A stretch of DNA of 59,882 bases from Convolutriloba macropyga (Eukaryota). How positions within the stretch are numbered: position 1 is the first letter of the stretch; each line of letters begins with the position of its first letter. Both the position numbers and the translations under genes were made by a program. The notes beneath the pieces are model-generated. The model ran no database searches, was not told the origin of the DNA, and worked only from the letters and a program-made list of their open reading frames with translations. This document shows, one piece after another, positions 38,051 through 49,129 of this stretch. Location of the stretch: contig NC_134482.1 in assembly GCF_964194025.1 (NCBI RefSeq), forward strand, positions 32,364,001 through 32,423,882. The letters run 5' to 3'.

Positions 38051-40165
38051 TCGTCTTTTGCGGTCATCTGCGAAAATGTAGGGCTGCTGAGTTTGAGAAT
38101 GCCTGTTAGATCCAGGATGAATATGCAGAATAGCAGTGGTCCCAGGAGGGAGCATTGTGATTCCTAAATGGTTACATCCAGAGTTTAAGAACTAATATCA
38201 TCAGATTTCACATACTGCTTCCTGTTTTATAGGTACTCAACCACTCGTCACAAGAAACACCCTCAGACTGCAACAGCAGGAGCTAACTTTTTTCAAAGTT
38301 CAATAATGTGGAACTTTGTCAAAGGCTTTGCTAAAGCGTGGGTAGAATGCTAATCTTTCATCAGTGGATTTCCTAGCTAGAGCTTCGTAAATACTCGACA
38401 GTGATTACAGTTTTTCGTTATGACTGACTTTCGACTGACAAAACCATGTTTATGCTTTGTGGGGTACATGATAGAGTGCTTGTAAGATGCTCGAAATGTG
38501 CATTTTTCAAGTACTTTGAGGTCTACTTTCAGAAGAGAAAGTGGTCTTTAGATTTTAACCAGACGTTTGTCTCTCTCTTTTTGTATCGGAATTATTGACG
38601 CCATCTTGCAAATCTTATGATTTTTGTGGAAGTTTTTGATGATCTTCGATAACTTGTTCAATTATTTGATCGCTTGTGAAGCATTTTTTTGTAAGACAAT
38701 ATGTGGAGAGCCATTTGGGCCATTTGACTTCGATTTGCTGAGATACAATAGAATTTCTGCTATCTCGTTTCTGAAACCTTCCAAATATGTGGATGTGCTC
38801 GATTTGTTGAGATCTTGTACATCCACGTTTGTCTGGGGTGAGTACGCCGAGTAAAAACACTTGACTAGTAAGCCAAATTTCTCTTGGGAAGTCGTGGTTG
38901 AGGACCCAACTTTTATCATAACTGAGGGCAGATTATGCGATGTCTTTAAATTTTCCAAGTTCTTGAATATCATTTTTGTGTCTCGAGATGACATTGCTTT
39001 CTCCTGGTGGTAAATTTGACGAGACTCAGCTCATTCTGTATTAATTTTCTTCAAATTGGTGTCCAGAGTTTTACGATAGCTGATTGGTTTTCTAACCAGG
39101 AGTTGTTTCTGTGTTTTGAGCCTGCATTAGGTATGATAAGCTGGCTGTAATCCACAACGAAAGAGACTGGCAATGCTGGCTTCTTCTCGGAACATGATTT
39201 TCGACTAGCAGCTTCAAGTAGTCATACAGTTCTTTGCAAAATTGTAATAGCAAATTGCTTCGAAGTACGTTTTTTTATGGGACGATTAATTTGTGAGTAA
39301 AATGCACTTCCATAACTACGATAGTTGAGGATATAAGTCTTGACTTGCTGGTGTGAACATTCCAATAGCCTTCGAATTGTATCGTGATCAGAGCAAGTGT
39401 AGATTTTGCTGAACTGCTCAACAAATGAGACTCGAAGAGCGCAGTTTCGATAGAGAGCTTCATCCAACAGATTGTTGACTCTTGCCTCATAATCAACCGT
39501 TTGTTGGAACAGTTTGCCTTCCCATTGGTCAAGAATTTCTTGTTCTGCGGCATCCTTCGTGGTGTAAATTACATCAGTTTGCGTTTAGAAAGATTATGTC
39601 ACCGCAGATAGTAATCGGGGAGTTTTTGGTAAGCACTGAGACTAATTCGACAAAATCTTTCAGTTAGACGCCATCTTTTTGCGATACCAAATTCAATTCG
39701 AGGCAGATGTAAAAGCGAAGCCAACACGATGGATTTACGACAAACAGAAATCTTTTTACGCATCTACTAAAGCATTTGGAGGAAGTGTAGGAGGCAAACG
39801 TTTTTGATTCCGGATTTGCTTTTTTTTTTCAGGGAAAGCGTTTTATTAGGTGACTCAATTTGTACAAATTTAAAAATTTTTAGCTATCAGAAAATGTCGT
39901 TGATGTTGCAGAGCTCCTAGACCAAAGCTCACGTCGAAGGTAGCATCTTCTCCGGCTTTTTTCAAGTGAGAGTTTTGGGAAATTTACTTTATCGTTTTTT
40001 GGTTATATGACAAATTTCCAGAATTTATTACACTCCGTAGCTTCTACATACCATGTGATGATCCTGCCGTCAGAAAAAAACTGTACTTACCCTTGTTTAG
40101 ACCAATTAGGATCTATTCTGTTTGCCCCTCCTCGGCTTAGCGGGTTTTGTATCCTTTACGTCTAA
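38050..40165 (-). mobile_element. LINE family B copy 3 (APE to RT FADD, 3'-truncated)
   Basis: Colinear with 35015-36990; breaks just after FADDRKR and joins A ORF1. Confidence 0.88.
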
Positions 40166-40169
40166 GCGT

Positions 40170-40400
40170 CCCACAATGTTGTGCTTACTGAATTGGTTAA
40201 AAACTGTTGGTTTTTGATTTGACTCCACGTCACCACATAGCAAAAAAATTATCGCAATAAACTTTGTTTGAGTCAATTTGGGTTGATTCCAGATGACCCG
40301 TTACTCTACATTCACAAAGAATTTCATTTTTTGCGTTGCAGTTATGGCAATGCACAAGAGCATCAAGCATGTTGCTAAGAAAATGACGACTTTGTCCAAA
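40170..40400 (-). mobile_element. Family A leader/2A module fused to B copy 3
   Basis: LLCGDVESNQKP at 40208-40243; same 2A-to-B junction as at about 37010. Confidence 0.8.
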
Positions 40401-40414
40401 AGGTTTGTTGTAAA

Positions 40415-41268
40415 TGATGTTGCTGAGCTCCTAGAGCAAACCTCATGTCAAAGATAGCATCTTCTCCGGCTTTTTTCCAGTGAAGGTTTCGGGAATTTTA
40501 TTTTATGGTTTTTTGAGTAAAATTCCAGAATTTATTACACTCCGTAGCTTCTACATATATTTTATAATCCTGCCAACAGAAAAAAATTATACATACCCCT
40601 GTTTAGACAAAATAGGATCTAATCTGTTTGCCCCTCTTCAGCTTAGCGGGTTTGGTATCCTTTACGTCTAAGCCTCCCACAATGTTGTGCTCATTGAATT
40701 GGAAGAAAACTGTTGGTCTTTAATTTGACTCCACGTCACAAATAGCAAAATAATTATCGCAATAAACGTTGCTTGAGTCAATTTGGGTTAATTCCAGGTG
40801 ACCCGTGACACTACATTCACAAATAATTTTATTTTTTGCAATGCAGTTATGGCAATACTCAATAGCATCAAGCATCTTGCTAAGAAAAGGACGACCTTAT
40901 CCAAAATGTTAGTTATTAGAAATATAATTAAAAAAATTGAAATACATAATTTTGGCTAGGTCTCGGTGTTTTTGGAGTCGTTTATTTCAACATTTAAATT
41001 TATCAGAATGTTGTGAAGAGACTTCACAATAAACTTAACGCCGGATTCAGAAGGATGGAGGCCATCTGTGTGAATAAAATCATGGTGACTTTGAAACTCG
41101 GCATTCAAATCAATCATGTTAAATTTTTTGCAGGGTAGGTCCTTCACTTTTGAAACTAAACTGCAGAGTTGCTTGTTAAATTTTTTGGCACTAACCTTAC
41201 TCTCTCTTCTAAAGGCACCAAGCGGTATTAGAGTGCAGATTGATATTTTCGCTTATATGAATTTGTAA
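40415..41268. repeat. Essentially identical ~855-bp copy of 36719-37572
   Basis: Offset 3696; ORF-track translations 36784/40480 and 37260/40956 are identical. Confidence 0.95.
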
Positions 41269-41755
41269 GCAAATGTATATATAAGCTTTTTGTATGGCGC
41301 AAATGATTCAAATATGTCAAAATCAGCCGATAGACACTCATTGATTCTCATTAGAATTGTTACATGGTTCAGTTTCTTTGTTCGGATGTTTGCGGTTCTC
41401 TCAAATAGTCCTGAGATCCTATAACCCCCGAAAGCTCTTCTCAAGATACTTGGTCCAATTTGCCTTCCGTCAATGCGGTTGGTGTTTGAATCTCCAATTA
41501 CCATTGCCTCTGTAGTGCTGTCCTTTGCCATGAAAAAAATGTCGTCTATAGGCATCAAGTGTGCTGGAATTTTGCGTTGAATCTATTTTATTTGATGAAT
41601 CTTTGAATTGATCTGCGTTTGTTGTCGGTTGTCCGCTGGCTGTTGTATTTGCTCCGTTTGATGTTGCACTTCTGGTCTGCGTTGGATATCTGATGAAGGT
41701 TTTTCTGAAGTTACCTGAAATAACGTCATCTGAAAAATTGAAAAATATCGTCTCT
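40700..41755 (-). mobile_element. Family A 5' module (esterase ORF1 + leader/2A), copy 5
   Basis: AMVIGDSNTNRIDG...FGGYRISG...LMRINECL; HTDGLHPS; 2A remnant at 40714-40748. Confidence 0.85.
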
Positions 41756-41769
41756 TGCTGTTTGTGATG

Positions 41770-44326
41770 TGAACCCATGTCCCGTTTTCTCAGTTCGTAT
41801 TTTTTAAAGACTAAACACATCTGGGGTTCTTCCTTGGTTTGGAATCGGTAGAGGTTTTTCCATGAGTTCTCTATCTAGTGGTTTAGCGTTGAAAGGAAAA
41901 ATTGTTCAGTCATCTGAATGTACTTTGGCAGAGCCAATACATTCAGAATATTCAGGCCATTTATGTTGTGTATTTTATATCGTCCAGTTATCCAATTGAG
42001 TTCTATTTTTTGAAACTTCTCAAGCGTTTTCAGGCCTGCTCTAGTTACCTGAACACAACTGAATCCAAAAAGCAGGACAGGCATAACATAAGAATTGTAG
42101 GGATTTAAATTGATGTGCATGTTTACTGCGTAAAGAACATCTCGTATTTAGAGTATATGAACTTGTTGGCTTCCTTGGGTCTCAAAATTATGAGCGCTGC
42201 CAAATTCAGGTTTTTGTTGATGGTGATTCTCAAGTCCGTCATTTACGTTTGTGCCTGAAGCAATTCTCTTCCCTGGAAGAAGGAGACGTTTTTCACCTTG
42301 AAAATAAGATTAGCACATTGGCCAATCGCCAAGTCCATTGTGTTTGGTAAAATCCACTTGTCTATTGCTGTTGCTTCTGCGTGCACTTTAATATCTGATC
42401 TTCCAATTTCTAGTCTTTCGAGGTCGTCTGCAAATATGTAGGGCTGCTGAGTTTGGGAGCAACTGTTAGATCAAGGTTGATTTTTCAGAATAGCAGTGGT
42501 CCGAGAAGGGAGACCTGTGGTACCTCACAGTTACATCCAGAGTTTAAGAAAAATGCCATCAGATGTTACATACTGCTTCCTTGTCAACCAAGTGTCACTA
42601 GAAACACCATCAGTCTCCAATAGCAGCAACTTTGTTCAAAATTCCATAATTTGGAAATTTGTCAAAGGCTTTGCTGAAATGTGTGTAGAAGGCTAACAAT
42701 TCATTCGTGTAGTTAAAGCTAAAGCTTCGTAGGTCCTCAGCAGAGATGACAGTTTTTTCGCTATGGCTGACCTTCGCCTGATAAAACCGTGGTGACGCTT
42801 CCTGAATAACATGATAAAGTGCTTTTAGAGTGCTTGGTGTTTGCATTCTTCAAGTATTTTGAGGTCTATGTTCAGAGGGGAAGGTGGTCTGTAGTTTCTA
42901 ACCTGTCGTTTGTGTCTCTTTTTGTATATCGGAGTTATTGACGCTATCTTGCATAGCTTATGAAATTTCTGGAGACTTTTGATGATCTTCATTAACTTGT
43001 TTAATTATTTAATCATGTGTAAAGCAAGTTTTCGTAAGACAATATGGGGATAGCTATTTGGGCCTCTTGACTTCGATTTACTGAGCCACAATAGAATTTC
43101 TGCTATCTCATCTCTGAAAACATCCAAAATTGTGTGTGCTGGATTTGCACTGTTGAAATTATTTATGTCCAAAATCGTCTTGGGTGAGTAAACCGAGCGA
43201 AAGAACTCAATTAGTAAGCCAGTTTTCTCCTGAGAAATTTTGGTTGGGTACCCATCTTTTATCATAACTGCGGGCAGGTCAGGCGACGTCTTCAAACTTT
43301 TCAGGTGCTTGAAGATCATTTTTGTGTCTCGAACTGACAGTATTTTCTCCTGGAGATTAAATCGATCACACCCATCTCATTCAGTAACGATTTTCTCCAA
43401 ATTGGTTTCCAAAATTTTACAATAGCTAATTGGTTTACTCACCAGGAGTTGCTTCTGTGTTTTGAGCTTCCATTGATGGTTTGATGTGCTAGGTCAATCT
43501 ACGTCGGCTTCCAAGAGACTGGCGATGCCGGTTGTTCTAAGAATATGAATTTCGATAAGCTGCTCCAAGTATTCATAAAGCTCTATGCAAAATAGGAATC
43601 TGAAAAATGCTTGAAACTGCGTTTTTTTTATTGGTACGATTTATATCGGAGAATTATGCATTTCCATAACTACAATAGTTGAGGATGTAAGGCTTGACTT
43701 GCTGGTGTGAGCATTCTAATAGCCTTTGGATTGTATCGTGATCAGAGCAAGTGTAGATTTTGCTGAACTGCTCAACAAATGAAACTCGAAGAGCGCAGTT
43801 TCGATAGAGAGCTACATCCAACAGATTGTTGACTCTTGCTTCATTTCAACCGCTTGTTGGAACAGTTTGCCTTCCAATTAGCCAAGAATTTCTTGTTCGG
43901 CGGCATCCTTCGTGGTAATTTTACATCAGTTTGCGTTTAGAAAGATTATGTCACCGCATATAATAATCGAGGAGTTTTTGGAAAGCACTGAGACTGTTTC
44001 GACAAAATCATTTGCGACACCAAACTAAATTCGATGCAAATGTGAATTCGACGCCAACGCAATAGCTTTGTCACAAACCGAAATCTTTTTATGCATCTAC
44101 TCAAGTCTTTGTTAGCATCTTCTCCGGCTTCTTTCAAGTGAGAGATTTGGGAACTATACTCTATCGTTTTTTGACGGAATTCTAGAATTTGTGACACTCC
44201 GTAGCTTCTACATATAATTTGATGATCCCGCAATCAGAAACGAAGTTTATACTTAGCCTTGATTAGACCAATTAGAATCTATTCTGTATTCCCTCCTCAG
44301 CTTAGTGGGCTTTTATCTTTTACGTC
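41770..44326 (-). mobile_element. LINE family B copy 4 (ORF1 tail, APE, RT; 3' end missing)
   Basis: CSDHDTI; KSRGPNSYP; YTHFSKAFDKF; FADD; LNILNVLALPKYIQ. Confidence 0.88.
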
Positions 44327-44424
44327 TCCAGGCACACGTGATTTTTTTACATAGTAATGTGCTAAATAACAACATATAATTTGTAAATGGGGCAAAAAAC
44401 ACTGGGGGCCAAAACAGAAGAGAT

Positions 44425-44755
44425 CCCTATTATCTTATACGGCTCTGCCATATGGTTTCCAAATGATAATAACATAAACATTTTGGAAAATGTCCAAATT
44501 CGAGTTAAAAATAGGTAACTACCGGCTAAAAATAAGTTGACTGCCTTATCTCATTTTCGCTACTACCAGTTGCGCGGTTTATTTCGACGCGAGGAAAACC
44601 TTTGACTCGGTGCCTCAATTTGCTCCAAAATGAAAGTTTTTGGCTCCCACAAAAAGTTGGGCTTATTGACTTCTTCAATCGTCGCTGCACTTTCGAGAAC
44701 AATGTGGATCTTGCCAAGGATATCGGCATCCAATTCGAATCTGATCTAAATTATA
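44425..44755 (+). mobile_element. Scrambled LINE RT fragments
   Basis: PIILYGSAIWFPN...ILENVQ; AVYFDARKTFDSVP; VDLAKDIGIQFESDL, not in normal order. Confidence 0.6.
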
Positions 44756-45124
44756 ATCTAGGATGAACTGAAATTTTTTTACCGAAACCAAAAAAGAACA
44801 ATATGAATCAAATAGAACGAGCATTTTCATCAGGAGTCGTCCAGCTCGCCAATTTCATAATGGTTGAAACAGTGTAGACTTCTTTGAAAACCCAATTCTC
44901 GTTAAAATTCAAATAAAAAAGACAACTTTGGGTTTTTTTTACCTCGTCGTATCACCCCTATGACTGTCGTAGATTTTTAAATCTTTACTTCTGTTAATTT
45001 GTTTTCTCTTTTGTGTACTCTGTGTGCACTGAAAATGCAAACATAAATTGAGTAATGTCTGAAGAATTGCTCTCGAACATTAGGAAAAACATTTTAATCC
45101 GCGGCTAGAAAAACATTTCACAAC

Positions 45125-45191
45125 TCCGAGATTCAAAAGCCTGACCTCCAGATTCATAACCAGATGCACCCACCACTCGTCTATCTCGCCC
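45125..45191 (-). repeat. Degenerate tRNA-derived (SINE-head-like) sequence
   Basis: GGCGAGATAGACGAGTGGT (A-box-like) ... GAGGTCAGGCTTTTGAATCTC (decayed B box). Confidence 0.35.
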
Positions 45192-46113
45192 TTATTTTGC
45201 TCTATCTTTCAAAAATGAAGAAAAAAGCATGAAAAAATCACTTGAGAAGTTAAAGATAAGATTGTTCCGGAAGAAAAGCGCAAAATGGTCTAGCGAAAAT
45301 TTGCATTAAAAATGACCGACAAGTTTACTATAATTGTTGTGAGCTTCGTTCAAGAGCAATTAATAAAGTCTTTTATTACTAATACTAGAACTGGTACTAA
45401 ATATTATTGTCAAGGGAGAAAAACGGGTAATCAATTAGACAAATAAAATTAACACAAAGCAAACACAAATGCAGCTCATTTTTTTCAGATAAGGCAATTC
45501 TTTAGCTAATTTTTTCATCAAGAGATTATAAGTCCTCCAAAGGCAGTAAACAATTAGGTTTTTCAAAAAATATAATTTAAGAACAATCATTTCTTTCATT
45601 TGTTATTTGCAGAATTTCATGCAACCAGTTCAATATTTCAAGCTATTAATTCACTCCACTTATGATAAGAGGAGGGATCTTTTAGTCCAATTTATATCGC
45701 TACGAGGACAAATTTTAAAAATTTACGTCTAATCGATTGAAAATTATCCAACATTTGGCGGAAAAAGCATTGCACTAAAAAAATCTAAGACCCCGCATGA
45801 TCGAAACCTTGAAGCACCAACCATCTGTGTGGGTATTCGATCGCAAGTTTCCGGTTTCGTGCGATTGTGAGAAGGAAACACACCTATAATATTCAAAGAT
45901 CCCCTCTATAATTGAATATTGCTGTCCCAAATGCTGAAGCATGATCTACAGGAGGAAGCAGAGGATTACGATAGTCCTCAGCCATATCCAAAAACTCCAT
46001 AGTTGTCCGTAGTTTGTGTGAAATTCCAAATCTAATGAGAACTATCTTCTGGACTAGCTCCCCACTTGGCTTAGCCAATCGTTGATTCGATTCAGAGCTA
46101 GTGAACGGAAAAG

Positions 46114-46832
46114 GATTATCAAACATGTCAAAAGTGTTGAATATTTTGAAAATTTGAACTGAGGAGTATAATACTTCGAGAAGCGTGTGCACAAGGATTT
46201 GTTTCCCGATTTTCTGAAAAACATTTTTGGGAGTCAAGGCGGCTTCTCTGAGCAGGCGATCCTTTCAGAGAGATTATAAAAAACCAACTTTAACAGCAAA
46301 AAATAGTGTTGTCAAAAATTGGACACTTGTAGATCAGAAATCAGGGGCTGCTTTATGGAAAAATATTTTAAAAAATTAGCCTCAGTATACTTGTTTTCCA
46401 GGAAAAGGAATTCGGGCCTTGCTGTAAAACAGTTTAAAAAAGTACGAATCAAAATTTTTCAATCGTCTCTGCAGTTTCAAGTACATTGTGGATCTGGCCG
46501 AGGATATCAAAAAATGATAAAATGATTATCAAACATGGCAAAAACGTTCAAAAATTTGAAATTTTTAAATCATTAGTGTAACGTGAAAAAAGATTAGATG
46601 CCCTTCTTTCTGAAATTTTATTTTGAGAGTAGGGACGTCTTCTTTGAGCAGGCAGTCCCTTCAGAGAGAATATAAAAAATTAGCGTGATAAACAAAAAAT
46701 AGTGTTGTCAACCTGGAAAAACGGTGGAAATTAGTAGATCAGAAATTTATACAAATATTTAAAACTCTTGGTCTCAGTAGCCTTATTTTCCAAGCAAAAG
46801 GATTCGTGCCTTGCTGAAAAACAATTCAAAAA
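46114..46832. repeat. Old tandem duplication, period ~410 bp
   Basis: GATTATCAAACATG, GAGCAGGC..TTCAGAGAGA.TATAAAAAA, AAAAAATAGTGTTGTCAA, GTAGATCAGAAAT and GCCTTGCTG each occur twice in the same order. Confidence 0.8.
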
Positions 46833-48174
46833 GAATGAATGAAAGTATTCAAAAAGTGTTGCCCGCCAAGATAGACCTTTAAGAGATTTTGAAGTTTCAC
46901 GTAAAGCTCTGAACGGACTAGAATTCCGGTAACTGTCAAAGAAGTTCCATATAACGGAGCAAATAATCCAATAAAAAGCAAGTTGCTAAAACCAGGTATT
47001 CTAGCAAACAATAATAAGTTAGGGAACAGTAGGGAGGAAAAGGGTGTTTGCTGTGAAAGACATTGTGTGATGGATACATCTGCAAAAAATATTGTGATTA
47101 TGATTTAAAGAAACATTAGCTGATAGAAAACTACAAAAAAGGTCAAAAATCGTATCAGTCAATGATCATTTAAATGTTCTTTTTGAAAATTGTAACAAAA
47201 TTTTTGTGATCAAAACAAGAACCAAAAAATCCTTGAAATTCTCAAATTCACCGATAGAATCAACCAATGACAAGAAAATCATCAAGAAGGAAATTTGAGA
47301 CGGAACTTTTATTGAAAGAGAAAAACAAGATATCCAAAAGTTCTCAAATATAACAAACAACAGGCGCACTTGCAATTTTTTGAGCTGGCAAATGCCCACG
47401 AGGAGAACACAACAACACGCCTGTTGTTATCTATTCCAGGAAAGCCATAATCATACCACAACCTAAGTAATTTTTCACTTCCTCTTTCAGAAAAAAACCA
47501 GATGGAAAAAAAATCTGATATTAAGAAAAAAATCAGGAACTCTATCAAGAACTCAGACAAAAATCAGGAAGTCTATAAAGAACTCAGACAAAAATCAGGA
47601 GCTATGAACTCATGAGCGTGAGCCAATTGAGTATTTTGTACAAATTTCGAAAGCTTATAAACTTATTTAAAAGTCTCCAACAGCATCGAAAATGCTCTGC
47701 ATTTTTTTCACTTTACGGATACTCCACACGATCATAAGAGATCAACACTTAAGAACTTACACAAAATAGCAGTCACAAAAAGTTACTTTTAAAATAAAGT
47801 TACCTAATACCGTCAGGACAATAGTATGGCAATGGTGGCTTCCTGACAGTGATATTTGCCAAATATTGGATGAAATGGTTTGTAGAACATCTAAGTGCCG
47901 GGGATATGATGAGCTCTGGAGAAACAGAAACTTCACAACAAAGATGTCCCGATGTCAAAAAAGTGTTTCAGAATAGCAAGCCGTTAAATGGGTAAAACTT
48001 GAGAGCTGGTACCATATAAAAAATTGAGAAATGGAACCTTACAAAAAAATTTGCGACTTTTTGTTTAAAATTGCTTTCAATTTGAAAATACAACAACTGA
48101 TAACCAAGCTGAGAAATTATTTGAAAGGTTTGTTGATGAAATTATTTTCTTAGAAGGAAAACCCCGATATTTTT

Positions 48175-48991
48175 TATTACGGTTCCTATCTGACCAAGTC
48201 TCTGGAATAAATTTAGGCCTCTGATTCGTAAATTCTTTAGGTCGCTAACTATCCAATCAGAAATAAATCAAATATAATTTGAATTCTTTGTCTCGGTTGC
48301 AGCTTTAAACTCGTTCCATAATATTTTGACTTAAATTGTACTGGGGAAAGCTAAAATATCCGCAGATTGGATATAGACATTACAACTGATTTTTACGGCA
48401 ATCCGAACACTATAATTAGCAACTCTGACCAAGGTTTACATTATTTGTAAACAACAGCATAAAACGTTAACAATTTGGTTTTCGGATTATCAATCATTAT
48501 TGAAATCCAATAAAGGACAATATATGAATGACAAATACCCTGATTAACATGGGCATAAACATTTAAGTTAAATAGGTTGATTAAAATTGCCTAAGAATTT
48601 GAATAAATTTTTAGAATTAAAGAAAATTAAAGAAGTCAATTTGTTCGAAACAATAAAAAGGACAAAGGCAAATTCAGAATACCAGTTGATGACAATTAAA
48701 TTTGAAACAATTGACCATGACATTTCAGCACTCATTGAGCGCAATAGAGTGAAATAAAGAATGTTAACCTCGTTGCCAAGTAATTATAAAATTTGCTGTA
48801 TTTTAAAATGATCGCCTACGCATTCTTCGGAAAAATTTTTGTTAAAATTTTGTCAGGTCGCTGCTTCTGTTGTATAGTTTTTCATAGATAAGGGTCAACC
48901 CTCCTATTTTGGCAACTCTGACCTCTTCTTCGAGGTCGAATTTTACTTTGAAGAAAGGGTTTTAGTGCAATTTAGCTAGAGCAATAGCACA
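48175..48991 (-). repeat. Probable 3' LTR of Pao element 2
   Basis: 48175-48900 aligns with 53677-54335, starting exactly at the T(G/A)TTAC boundary. The right limit (CCCGGAA|TGT on minus) is tentative. Confidence 0.55.
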
Positions 48992-49129
48992 TTCCGGGAA
49001 AAATTGACAATTAATAAATTATTTCTTCAACTAGTGACAACTGATAAGATATAAACACTAAAAAGCCTAATTCTGCACTGGTTGGGACATTAAAATTGAA
49101 AGAAAAAGTTCTGACCTCAAAAAAACCGG

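Noticed and set aside
27438-41600. Host or horizontally acquired bacterial GDSL lipase genes
   Set aside because: Every esterase copy is frameshifted and sits in the ORF1 position of a LINE; esterase ORF1s are a known retrotransposon feature.
24417-44326. Active autonomous LINEs
   Set aside because: All copies carry many stops and frameshifts; the longest ORF fragments are about 150 aa.
45893-46237. 114-aa minus-strand ORF
   Set aside because: No recognisable motif, non-ATG start, and half of it lies in a decayed tandem duplication.
47200-48170. Possible Gypsy-like gag remnant on plus (QFFELANAHEENTTTRLLLSIPGK)
   Set aside because: Resemblance is too weak and fragmentary, with no pol or LTR support.
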